Position numbers and translations under genes: made by a program. Below, piece after piece: positions 52,967 through 61,557 of a DNA stretch of 64,000 bases; position 1 is the stretch's first letter; every line of letters begins with the position of its first letter. Location of the stretch: the IMG/VR virus record IMGVR_UViG_3300027782_000037, positions 64,001 through 128,000 of that record; one strand, written 5' to 3'. Source of the stretch: a virus. Below the pieces are notes generated by a model. It had not been told where the DNA came from and ran no database searches. It saw only the letters and a program-made list of their open reading frames with translations.

Positions 52967-54607
52967 TTAATCGCCTGATATAGCTAAAATGTACGGTGTC
53001 ATTTGAGCAAATAAACTTTTATAAAAAGCATCACCTGTAATAGTTGCAGTCGCTTGATTAACAATAAATCCGTCGCCTACCTTAAAATTACCCTTTTGAT
53101 CTGTACTTGTATAGGTTACAACTCCGCCACCAGTTTGTACCACTTCGTTGGCTTCAATTGGAATTCCTCCGTATTGGGGCAATGCGGTAGCAGGATTTGT
53201 TCCTGCACCCACATACTCAAACGTATGAGCCGATGCAATAATACTGCTGCGAGTGTATAGTGAGAGTGTTGTGCCTGGAGCAGCATTTCCTAAATATATT
53301 TGCTGTACCAAAACTGTACTACTACCAACTGCTGGAACATTAGGTAATATTGTGTCAATAGTATAAAATTCTGGATCTCCGTCTATTACTACAACAGTAT
53401 TAACATGAGGTTGGCCATTGGATAAATTATCAATTACAAAACTTCCTTGAAATTGACTTACAATAGTTCCAGAAGTTTGCAGTGGACCAATACCTTCTGC
53501 CACCAATCCATAATTTCCAATAGAACAATCTGATCCGTTAAGAGTAATGAATGATCCTGATTCAACTTTAACTCCAATGGCACATGCAATTGTATAAATG
53601 TTAACTGATTGACTATATGCCGAATTTACAAGATGTATACCTATCCCACCTCTATTAATAATAGTAAAGAAACCTACAATCATTGCTTTAGTTCCAGTAC
53701 ATACACTACCATCAACATACACAGCAGTTCCTGTTGTTGTACTTGAGGTCAGATTTTGTATATATGGACTGACAAAAGCAGTAGTTATAGTACTTGGATC
53801 GTAGCTAAATGCTTTGCCTGTATAATCTCTTACTGTTACACCCCATACATAAGATCCTCCGGACATGTAAAACATATCACTGCTTGCTACAGTTGGCTTT
53901 ATGAATACATTTCTTAAATTATCACCCATTAATGCCGTATTGGGAGGAATAGTAATAGGCATATCTTCAATATATGTACCAGGAGCAACGTTAACAGATA
54001 CATTTCCCCCCAATCCGGTTGCTAATGTCATAGCAGCCTCAATTGTTAATAATGGAGAAGTTAGTCCACCCGAATTGTTATCATTTCCATTTTTTGCTAC
54101 ATAAATTATGTTAGAGCTGGCAGAAGTGATATTTATATTAGCGTTGATATTCTGTGCTGTTAGATTACCAGAAACACTAATATTTCCAGCTAATGCCAAT
54201 AAACCTGAACTTGGGTTAAATGTTAAATTTGCACTACCACCAAATTTTCCACTATCGTTAAATTGTACTGATGAATTTGGTTCGGCAGGATTGTTGATAT
54301 TAGCATAAGCGGTAATTGGAGCACCATTAGAACTAACATTATTACTAGTTTGCCAAGCGTTGGACGCTACATCAAATCGTAGTCCAGCAAATGTATTAGC
54401 ACCTGTTTGTCCTAGTAATCCCATGTCAGTAATTGCGCCCGTATTATTGGCGGCTACTGTTAAGAAAGGGCTTGTTGTAATCGAAGGAACATTATAAGTT
54501 ACATTACCTGTAAAAACTGTCTGAGCATTAATTGTAAGAACGCCATTGCCTGCAGGAGTTCCTACATTTAACGTATAATCAGTATTGATATTTTTAACCG
54601 AAGCCAT
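52967..54607 (-). CDS. Virion structural protein with pectin-lyase-like beta-helix
   Basis: IYVAKNGND.N.G.L..P..TI..A...V.PG.Y.E..PI......GDNLR; C-terminal HTFEYVGAG..YTSTDQ.GNF. Confidence 0.75.
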   Translation of the reverse strand: MASVKNINTDYTLNVGTPAGNGVLTINAQTVFTGNVTYNVPSITTSPFLTVAANNTGAITDMGLLGQTGANTFAGLRFDVASNAWQTSNNVSSNGAPITAYANINNPAEPNSSVQFNDSGKFGGSANLTFNPSSGLLALAGNISVSGNLTAQNINANINITSASSNIIYVAKNGNDNNSGGLTSPLLTIEAAMTLATGLGGNVSVNVAPGTYIEDMPITIPPNTALMGDNLRNVFIKPTVASSDMFYMSGGSYVWGVTVRDYTGKAFSYDPSTITTAFVSPYIQNLTSSTTTGTAVYVDGSVCTGTKAMIVGFFTIINRGGIGIHLVNSAYSQSVNIYTIACAIGVKVESGSFITLNGSDCSIGNYGLVAEGIGPLQTSGTIVSQFQGSFVIDNLSNGQPHVNTVVVIDGDPEFYTIDTILPNVPAVGSSTVLVQQIYLGNAAPGTTLSLYTRSSIIASAHTFEYVGAGTNPATALPQYGGIPIEANEVVQTGGGVVTYTSTDQKGNFKVGDGFIVNQATATITGDAFYKSLFAQMTPYILAISGD

Positions 54608-54626
54608 TAGTCCGAATCCTTTTTAT

Positions 54627-54632
54627 TATTTA
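54627..54632 (-). promoter_or_regulatory. Late promoter TAAATA
   Basis: aTAAATAataaaAAGGAttcggactaATG. Confidence 0.65.
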
Positions 54633-54658
54633 TGCTGATATTTGAATGGATGGATCAT

Positions 54659-54686
54659 AAAAAATCCCCTGTTTTACGAGGGGATT
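54659..54686 (-). terminator. Intrinsic terminator
   Basis: AATCCCCT(cg)-taaaac-AGGGGATT followed by a T-run. Confidence 0.8.
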
Positions 54687-54745
54687 AAACTTAAACATAG
54701 TTCAAGAAAAATGCTGCATCTACGTAGGACTCAGCTGTTATAATA

Positions 54746-55660
54746 TTACGGATTACTTGGCACTTTAGCCATTGTAATATTACCAACACTACCAGTAAAT
54801 GTAACTGCGTCAGCACCAGATTTAACTACAGAAATAGGAAGACTTCCTACGGTAAATGTTAATCCACGTGTATTTCCCGCAGTAGTAACAATATTTGCTC
54901 CGCCTACAGTAGTAGACAATGTAAATGTTGATGTACCGTTAGTTGTTGTAACATAATATGTAGAGGGATCTGCGTATCCAGCAATATTAGCGTTACCAGT
55001 TAATGTACCAGAAACAATAATCGGAGCGTTTGCTAAAATAGTAGTAGCAACAGTACTAAATGTACCTGCATTGCCAGTAACTGTTGTAGTTCCTAGCGTA
55101 ATATTACCGGCTGGATCAAAGAAGTTTAAGAAATACTGTGTAGCATTGTTATTAACAATAACATTGGCAACTTGTGCCGCTGTGCTAAATCCAACACCAT
55201 ATTTGTTGTTGATACGCGACATATATGTTACGGTAACATTGCCAGTACCATCAGGAGTACTAACACCAACACTCATTTGATTAACTGTTAACGCACCATT
55301 TGCCACGTTAGCTAGATAAGCAACACCAGTCTCACCTGATGTCACACCAGTAACTAAGAATTTACTAGCGCCTTTTTGGCGTGTAATAAATGCTGCTTCG
55401 TTTTGTGTACCATCAATATTAGCTGAAACTGTAACTACAGGGAATGTAGCCGAACCGCCGGCCATTGTAGCATTACCATTGTTCCAACCTGTTTGTGAAT
55501 TTTGTACGTTACCACCAACAATACCGTAGTAATTACTGTCTGTTAATCCCGTTGGAGTAACAGCATTGTCTAGTGTACCAATCTGCGGATAACCTGCGTT
55601 AACTGCATCGCCTGGAGTGGCAGCATAACCTTGTTTTTGAATTTTTAGAGCACGACCCAT
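54746..55660 (-). CDS. Virion structural protein (possible capsid decoration), monocistronic
   Basis: MGRALKIQK N-terminus; FITRQKG..KFLV; Thr-rich; has its own late promoter (55742-55747) and terminator. Confidence 0.65.
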   Translation of the reverse strand: MGRALKIQKQGYAATPGDAVNAGYPQIGTLDNAVTPTGLTDSNYYGIVGGNVQNSQTGWNNGNATMAGGSATFPVVTVSANIDGTQNEAAFITRQKGASKFLVTGVTSGETGVAYLANVANGALTVNQMSVGVSTPDGTGNVTVTYMSRINNKYGVGFSTAAQVANVIVNNNATQYFLNFFDPAGNITLGTTTVTGNAGTFSTVATTILANAPIIVSGTLTGNANIAGYADPSTYYVTTTNGTSTFTLSTTVGGANIVTTAGNTRGLTFTVGSLPISVVKSGADAVTFTGSVGNITMAKVPSNP

Positions 55661-55786
55661 TGAATTTCCTTTGTTTTAGTTGTAGGTTCTATTCTACTAC
55701 GGGGGGATAAAACCCCATAAAATGCACCATTGCATTACTATTATTTATTGAAACATAACTTTTTTAAACAGCACAGTAAATCACAG

Positions 55787-55792
55787 TAAATA
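55787..55792 (+). promoter_or_regulatory. Late promoter TAAATA-N5-ATG (leaderless)
   Basis: gTAAATAtctacATG(55798); preceded by the direct repeat cacagtaaat x2. Confidence 0.7.
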
Positions 55793-55797
55793 TCTAC

Positions 55798-56949
55798 ATG
55801 ACTCCTGACGAATACCTAGCCCACGGCAATAATTTCCGTTCATTAACTGAACCTGAAAAAGCACTAGCTTGCTACGCACAAGCATTTATAAAAAATCCCA
55901 AGATGGGATCTGCCTATAACAATTATGGTAACGTAGTACGTGAAATGGGTTATCCTGAACAGGCAATTGGCTTTTTGCTAAATGCAATTGCCATTGATCC
56001 AAAAGATACCGTTGCTCAATTTAACCTCGCGGTAGCATATTTGCTATCCGGAGATCTTGAGCGTGGATGGCGACAGTATGAAAAACGCTGGAGTTTTGAA
56101 CATTTAGATGGTAAATTACCTCAATTTCAAAAACCACGCTGGGAAGGACAGGATCTAAATGGCAAAAGCATATTAGTAACAGGCGAACAAGGCCACGGCG
56201 ACAACATACAGTTTTGTCGTTTTGCCGAACAGCTTGTTCATGCAGGTGCAAAAGTGTATTTAAGCGTGGACAACAATTTGCGTCCGCTATTTTTGGCATC
56301 ATTTATAAATGCTGTGACTATTGTAGCCCCAGAAGATTTACTCCCTGATTTTGATTACTGGACTCCAATTATGAGTATACCGGGATTTTTAGGTATTACA
56401 TATAAGAATTTGCCATATAAACTACAGTATCTTAGTCCCAGTCAAGCCACAGTACAGACCTGGGCTAAACGATTAGGCTTAAAAAATCGGTTACGAGTTG
56501 GATTTTGTTGGAGTGGCCGTAAGGATAGTTGGATTAATCAACATAAATCAGTGCCATTTGAAAAAATGTTGGCATTAATTCAGAGAAATCCTGATTATGA
56601 GTGGCTTAATCTACAAGCAGAGTGTAGCGCAGACGAAGAAGCACAATTAGTTGCCGCAGGAGTTACTGCGTATCCTGCTAGTATTGGAAATTGGGATGAT
56701 ACCGCAGGATTAATGCATCATCTTGATGTTGTAATAGCTGTAGATACCGCAGTAGGGCATTTAGCAGGAGCTATGGGCAGACCTTTTTGGCTACCGCTTA
56801 ATAAATTTGGACAAGATTGGCGTTGGCTATTAGACAGGAATGATAGTCCGTGGTATGGATCATGTAGAATATTCCGTCAGACTACAATCAGCAATTGGGA
56901 CGATCCACTTGAACAAATTCACAATAATCTAAAGCTGTTTAAGATTTAA
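55798..56949 (+). CDS. TPR-repeat glycosyltransferase (GT9-like GT-B domain)
   Basis: N-terminal TPRs; W.G..L.GK.ILV..EQG.GD.IQF.R; LDVVIAVDTAV.HLAGAMG.P.W; DWRW...R.DSPWY.S.R.FRQ. Confidence 0.88.
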   Translation: MTPDEYLAHGNNFRSLTEPEKALACYAQAFIKNPKMGSAYNNYGNVVREMGYPEQAIGFLLNAIAIDPKDTVAQFNLAVAYLLSGDLERGWRQYEKRWSFEHLDGKLPQFQKPRWEGQDLNGKSILVTGEQGHGDNIQFCRFAEQLVHAGAKVYLSVDNNLRPLFLASFINAVTIVAPEDLLPDFDYWTPIMSIPGFLGITYKNLPYKLQYLSPSQATVQTWAKRLGLKNRLRVGFCWSGRKDSWINQHKSVPFEKMLALIQRNPDYEWLNLQAECSADEEAQLVAAGVTAYPASIGNWDDTAGLMHHLDVVIAVDTAVGHLAGAMGRPFWLPLNKFGQDWRWLLDRNDSPWYGSCRIFRQTTISNWDDPLEQIHNNLKLFKI

Positions 56950-56951
56950 AA

Positions 56952-57632
56952 TTATGGTGAAAATGTACCAGAACTATTGAAAATATGTACGGTATAACCA
57001 TTTAAAGTGCTAATTGTTCCACCTGTACCTCGGGCATTTCCTGCGTAAGCAAACGCAATAACACCCGTACCACCGCCTGCAGGGGGAGTATAATTACCGC
57101 CACCGCCACCACCACCTGTATTGGGTGTACCTGCTGTGGCATAAGTTCCAGAGCCGGTGTTTATATCACCCGCACCATGACCACCGCCACCTAATCCTCC
57201 GCCGCCGCCTTGTTGGTATGAATCCAATGCACCACCGCCGCCACCGCTACCACCTACCCAATAAGAACCACCAGAAAAAACGCCGGGATTAGTGCCAACA
57301 ATTGGTAAATCTGTTGTTACGCCAGTATTACCGCCAGAATTAGTTGATGCGCCGCCAGCAACCCCACCACCAGCAATCGCAGTTAATTCCAACACAGAAA
57401 CAGTTGAATTTCCCCCTCCTACTACAACAGAATAACTAGTGCCAGGTGTAACTACTGCGTTACCTTTAAGAACTTGCCCGCCTGCGCCACCTGGTCCTGG
57501 TTCATTCGTTCCACCACCACCAGCACCAACTACTAAATATTGAACTGAATATGAGTACGGAGGGCCACCAACTAATGTTGTACCAGCTGGTCCTATTCCA
57601 AATGCTACTCCTGCTCCGATTGATATTGGCAT
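56952..57632 (-). CDS. Glycine-rich adhesin-like protein
   Basis: YLVVGAGGGG...NTGGGGGGG...GG.GVI...Y......GG......GYTVH.F.SSGTF. Confidence 0.75.
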   Translation of the reverse strand: MPISIGAGVAFGIGPAGTTLVGGPPYSYSVQYLVVGAGGGGTNEPGPGGAGGQVLKGNAVVTPGTSYSVVVGGGNSTVSVLELTAIAGGGVAGGASTNSGGNTGVTTDLPIVGTNPGVFSGGSYWVGGSGGGGGALDSYQQGGGGGLGGGGHGAGDINTGSGTYATAGTPNTGGGGGGGNYTPPAGGGTGVIAFAYAGNARGTGGTISTLNGYTVHIFNSSGTFSP

Positions 57633-57655
57633 AATACTATCCTTGATGATAGTAT

Positions 57656-57661
57656 TATTTA
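57656..57661 (-). promoter_or_regulatory. Late promoter overlapping an 11-bp RBS-occluding hairpin (57631-57658)
   Basis: ATAATACTATC-atcaag-GATAGTATTATg. Confidence 0.75.
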
Positions 57662-57664
57662 TGA

Positions 57665-58456
57665 TTATTTATTATGACCACAGTTATCACCGTGCCAACG
57701 AGCGTACATACTCACACTTGAGGTCTTTCCGCAATGCTCGCAAGTCTTTTTCATCTGACTTGGATGTGTGCCATTAGCTAATCTCGCTAAGTTACCTGCG
57801 CTACCCACAAAGTTGTGTGTGCCTTCTGCGATGCGTTTATTGTTTAGTTCCGGACCTAAAAAGTTATGACGCCCTTCCTCAATAAGTCGTTTGTTTAGTT
57901 TACCACCAGCATTAGGCGCATTACCGTTTTGCCATTGATGAATTCCTTCTTTAGAACGACGAGTACTTGGATTATTTTTGAGCCATATATGATTACCACT
58001 AGCCATAGCTGCTTTGGCATTTTGTCCATCTTTGTTTGGGTTATCTCGTTTAAAAATATGGTCACCTGAATCTACTAAACTATTTTGTATTTCTGAAAAT
58101 ACTTTATGAAATTCATCTGGCCGTTTATGAGACCAATGATTTTCACCCTTAAATTTGTCTACAATTTCAGGGTTTTTCATTGGGTTATTATCAGTATCAA
58201 ATCCAATAGGATCAGGTGTACGATTCATACAATTAGGTTTACCAAAATTTTCTGCTAGATATTTTCTTTCTAATTCTTTAACTTCAGCAAAAGATTCAGC
58301 ATACTCAAGTATTTCTCTTGTAAGTGTAGATTTATCTTTGATAGATAAAGGCCATTTGCCAGATCCAATATAACCGTCATCTATATTGTCAGTGCTATGC
58401 CTACCAATGTAATATTTTCCATTTTTATGGATTGTTTTATATATAAAATGTTTCAT
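57665..58456 (-). mobile_element. Free-standing GIY-YIG (Seg-like) homing endonuclease
   Basis: MKHFIYKT...GKYYIGRH......YIGSG...E...N; six GxH(x)F/W repeats; C-terminal CEHCGK..RWHGDNC; start at 58456. Confidence 0.85.
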
Positions 58457-58461
58457 ATGTT

Positions 58462-58467
58462 TATTTA
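58462..58467 (-). promoter_or_regulatory. Late promoter TAAATA-N5-ATG (leaderless)
   Basis: aTAAATAaacatATG(58456). Confidence 0.7.
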
Positions 58468-58486
58468 TGTAATCTGCTGCGTTACT

Positions 58487-58515
58487 ACAATAACATAGGT
58501 ACAAATAAAAGTCAA
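58487..58515 (-). promoter_or_regulatory. Possible sigma70 promoter
   Basis: TTGACT-17 nt-TATTGT with extended TG. Confidence 0.5.
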
Positions 58516-58516
58516 C

Positions 58517-58539
58517 AAAAAAGCACCTTGCGGTGCTTT
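58517..58539 (-). terminator. Intrinsic terminator of head operon
   Basis: AAAGCACC-GCAA-GGTGCTTT followed by TTT. Confidence 0.88.
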
Positions 58540-58581
58540 CCTGAAACTTCCCATCCCTGAGTTGTTTGTATTGCGTTTGTA

Positions 58582-59778
58582 TTAACTGAACGACAAGTTT
58601 TGAACGGCTATCTCGCCAACGTAGTCGGCGGCATTTCCAAAACTGCTGGCAGTATTAGTGAGCTCGACAAACCCGTACCTTGTCATAAATGATACGACTG
58701 GTTCGAATGTGCTTGGATCCAACACAACGCCAGATGACATCAGCGGAATGTATGGGCAATAGAACGCAGCGGCATCCGCCTCTGACGAACCTTTGTAACC
58801 AACCAATACTGATTGTGTATCTGGAGCATAGCTGTTTACGAATACACGTAATGAACCATTTAATGTACCAACAAACTTAGTGTTTGTAGGAGCTTCAAAT
58901 GTTCCTTCTGTTGTACGAGCAAAAGCTGATGTTGTTGCAGATTGTAGTACTGTTAAAGCAGCACTTGAAACAACGGCCCAGTTACCAGCGCCACGACGTG
59001 TGCGTTGGGCGATCAAGTTAGCAACTCTATTGATCAGAACAGCTAGTGCAGCATGTTCATCACCAACGAATGTAGCAGTACCTGATACTGTAGCTTGGTT
59101 GTATGTGTACTCTGTAGCAGCCAGACTGCTTAATGATAAGAGAATCTCTTGATCGATTTCAGCTGTGATTTCTTGGGCCAAAGCAGCCATAATTTCTGCT
59201 TCAACGTCAATACCATGCATAGCTTGTGCGTCTTGTGCTGATTCAAATGTCCAACGGGCTTGTAACTTACGTGTCTTTGCTTCGACAGCTTGTTTCAAGA
59301 TTTGGATACTGATTTGCTTACCGCCAGTACCTTCCATAGTAGCTGTATTGTTACCGGTATAAGCGGTAGCAGTAGTAGTACCTTGTGGAACTGTTGAGTA
59401 TGCTGTAGCAATGGTGAATGGGCTTAAAGCTTCTTGACCAGCTGTTACGCTTGTTGCAGCTAAACTGTTGTCAGTCAATGACTGAGCATAGCGTACACGT
59501 AATGTATGGATCTGTGAAACAGGGCCAGTCATTGGTTGTACACCAACCAACTCGTTAGCGATAACGGTTGGCATTACACGTCGGATAACTGGCAGAATTA
59601 CACGGTTTAATGTAGCAATGTTGCCTGACGCTGTTGAACCCGTTGACGCATTTTCTTTCAAATACTTACGGGTGTTTTCTAGGATTACAGACATTGAGCT
59701 ACGCTTTGAGCCACCTAGGCCTTCTAGCAACGCATCTTTTGTCTCGCCCCAACGGCTTTCTAATAACGCTTGTGACAT
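58582..59778 (-). CDS. gp23: Major capsid protein
   Basis: RRVMP..IA.ELVGVQPMTGP; VEAKTRKL.A.W..E.AQD..A.HG.D.E; GYKG..E.DA..FYCPYIPL; DP..FEP....MTRYG. Confidence 0.97.
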   Translation of the reverse strand: MSQALLESRWGETKDALLEGLGGSKRSSMSVILENTRKYLKENASTGSTASGNIATLNRVILPVIRRVMPTVIANELVGVQPMTGPVSQIHTLRVRYAQSLTDNSLAATSVTAGQEALSPFTIATAYSTVPQGTTTATAYTGNNTATMEGTGGKQISIQILKQAVEAKTRKLQARWTFESAQDAQAMHGIDVEAEIMAALAQEITAEIDQEILLSLSSLAATEYTYNQATVSGTATFVGDEHAALAVLINRVANLIAQRTRRGAGNWAVVSSAALTVLQSATTSAFARTTEGTFEAPTNTKFVGTLNGSLRVFVNSYAPDTQSVLVGYKGSSEADAAAFYCPYIPLMSSGVVLDPSTFEPVVSFMTRYGFVELTNTASSFGNAADYVGEIAVQNLSFS

Positions 59779-59798
59779 TTAAGTCTCCTTTTTTCTTT

Positions 59799-60896
59799 TT
59801 ACAGCCCTGCCAACCGCTTAAGATCAATGACGTTGCTGTCGCTTTCGTCTTCTTGCTCTTGGACACGGGCAGATTTATCGCCAGTTGCTTCAGTTAATCT
59901 TTGGGTGTTAGCTGGTTGAGCAGCTTTTGCCGAACGGTTTTCTAAAACGGCTGGTAGATACTTTTCAAAAGCACCTTTCAAACGACTTGTTTGAACGCTT
60001 TCAAGTAAATTACGCATTACTTCTGCTTTTTCTTCATTTAGAGGATTAAGCAATTCTTCCATTGTACGTGTACGTACATTAGATTCTTTTAGGATGCGTA
60101 CTTCACGTTCCTTGGATTCGACTAAGACAGTTGCTTTCTTAGCGAATTTGATGGCTTCGGCAATTTTCTGATCTTTGTAAGCAATCATATCATGCAGTTT
60201 ACGAACTTCTGCTTTCTCATTTAAGTGAGTAGCACCGAATTCTGCTGAGTATGCTTCAAAAATACGACGACCAAAATTGTTCTCGCGAGCAACTTGGATG
60301 TCTTCTTTCAATTGGCCGAGTTCAGCCTTGAGATGCCGGGATACAGAGCGTGACATTTTTTCAGCAGATTCTTTTACGAAACGATGCTTTAGTGATTCTA
60401 ATTGATGGCGTGCGTTTTGAACTAGGCGAACCTTAGTTTCAACTACATCACGTTTATCTTCTTGGAATTCACGGATTTCACGTGCTAACGCATGAACGAT
60501 AAAGCCTTCTAACTTAGCTAGGCCTTCGTTATGTGTTTTGCGATCTCTACGCAATTCGCCAATTTCTTCCGCTAATTTAGACACCATGAAGTTGTTAAAC
60601 TTGTTAGTGTCTTCTTTAATTTTGCGTTGGAATTTAACGCGATCTTCAGCAAGAGCAGCTTTTTCTGCTTTCAACTGACGAACTTCTGCGATAAGACTTT
60701 CTGATACCATGCGATCTAGGGCTTCCACCATCACTTGTTTGTCATGCTCGTAGCGTTGTGCAAACTCTTCGCGGAGTTCTGCACGGGCTTGTTCCTTGGC
60801 TTCAACAATTCTGGCTTCCCAGGCTTCGTTGATTTCTGCTTTCGCTTCCTCGGTTACAAACTCGCTATCTAGTAACGGTTTCAATGCGTCTAGCAT
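59799..60896 (-). CDS. gp22: Prohead core scaffold protein
   Basis: Charged coiled-coil protein between protease and capsid genes. Confidence 0.85.
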   Translation of the reverse strand: MLDALKPLLDSEFVTEEAKAEINEAWEARIVEAKEQARAELREEFAQRYEHDKQVMVEALDRMVSESLIAEVRQLKAEKAALAEDRVKFQRKIKEDTNKFNNFMVSKLAEEIGELRRDRKTHNEGLAKLEGFIVHALAREIREFQEDKRDVVETKVRLVQNARHQLESLKHRFVKESAEKMSRSVSRHLKAELGQLKEDIQVARENNFGRRIFEAYSAEFGATHLNEKAEVRKLHDMIAYKDQKIAEAIKFAKKATVLVESKEREVRILKESNVRTRTMEELLNPLNEEKAEVMRNLLESVQTSRLKGAFEKYLPAVLENRSAKAAQPANTQRLTEATGDKSARVQEQEDESDSNVIDLKRLAGL

Positions 60897-60897
60897 A

Positions 60898-61548
60898 TTA
60901 TTTTCCTTCGATCTTCAGACCACGTATTAAACGAATCACTTCGCTCGATACGTATTTCTGCGCTTTGTTGCTTTTAGCCGGATCCTTAAACATTTCCAAT
61001 AACCTTTGCCCGCCGGCGTGATTTAACAAGCCTTCGTAAATTGCTTTTGGATATGCGTTTGGAGCACTTGGCTGGGCAACTACATCAACAGTGACGATTT
61101 CAAAATCACTGACATGTCCGTTGTTGTCGTTGACGTTTCCTGATCCACGACTACTAACCCCTAGTTTAACGCCCGAGTCCAACATGGTCTTAACCAGTTG
61201 TCCCATGGGTGTTGGTAATATCTTTAACTTGCCATAACCGCAAGGACCTTCCATCCACATACCTTCAATCATATGTGAAACACGATCCAGGTTAATTTTC
61301 AAATCATCTGGGTGGTCTACTTCACCTAATACACTATGCCCTGATTTAATTTGTTCGTTGATGGTGTCTACAGCGTTGGCTATTTCGTTGACAGGATATA
61401 CACGTTCATTGGCGTTTCTTACGCCGCCCTCAATACAAATACCCTTCATGTAAAGGGTTTTGCCGCCATCTTTGGCTTCCTCAGTTTCGAGGACTACTCG
61501 AGCCTGAGTGAAGCTTAGATGTTCTTTGAGATATGTGTTACGAGCCAT
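60898..61548 (-). CDS. gp21: Prohead protease
   Basis: N.N.RVYP; LGEVDHP; RVSH; TPMG; LGVSSRG.G; D.VA.PSAP.A. Confidence 0.95.
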   Translation of the reverse strand: MARNTYLKEHLSFTQARVVLETEEAKDGGKTLYMKGICIEGGVRNANERVYPVNEIANAVDTINEQIKSGHSVLGEVDHPDDLKINLDRVSHMIEGMWMEGPCGYGKLKILPTPMGQLVKTMLDSGVKLGVSSRGSGNVNDNNGHVSDFEIVTVDVVAQPSAPNAYPKAIYEGLLNHAGGQRLLEMFKDPAKSNKAQKYVSSEVIRLIRGLKIEGK

Positions 61549-61557
61549 ATCAGTCTA

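Noticed and set aside
54687-54745. Weak hairpins before the 54659-54686 terminator
   Set aside because: Short imperfect stems, compatible with chance
30981-55280. Many long plus-strand ORFs (e.g. 32529-34178, 38811-40652)
   Set aside because: Antisense shadows of the minus-strand G/N/T/A/I repeat fibres; no RBS or promoter, and the P/V/L/A composition mirrors the sense codons
58540-58581. Purine-rich CTCAGGGATGGGAAG tract between the gp23 stop and its terminator
   Set aside because: No convincing structure or ORF from this sequence alone; would need cross-genome conservation
58582-59778. Intron or intein associated with the GIY-YIG gene
   Set aside because: gp23 is continuous and ends before a terminator; the endonuclease is free-standing
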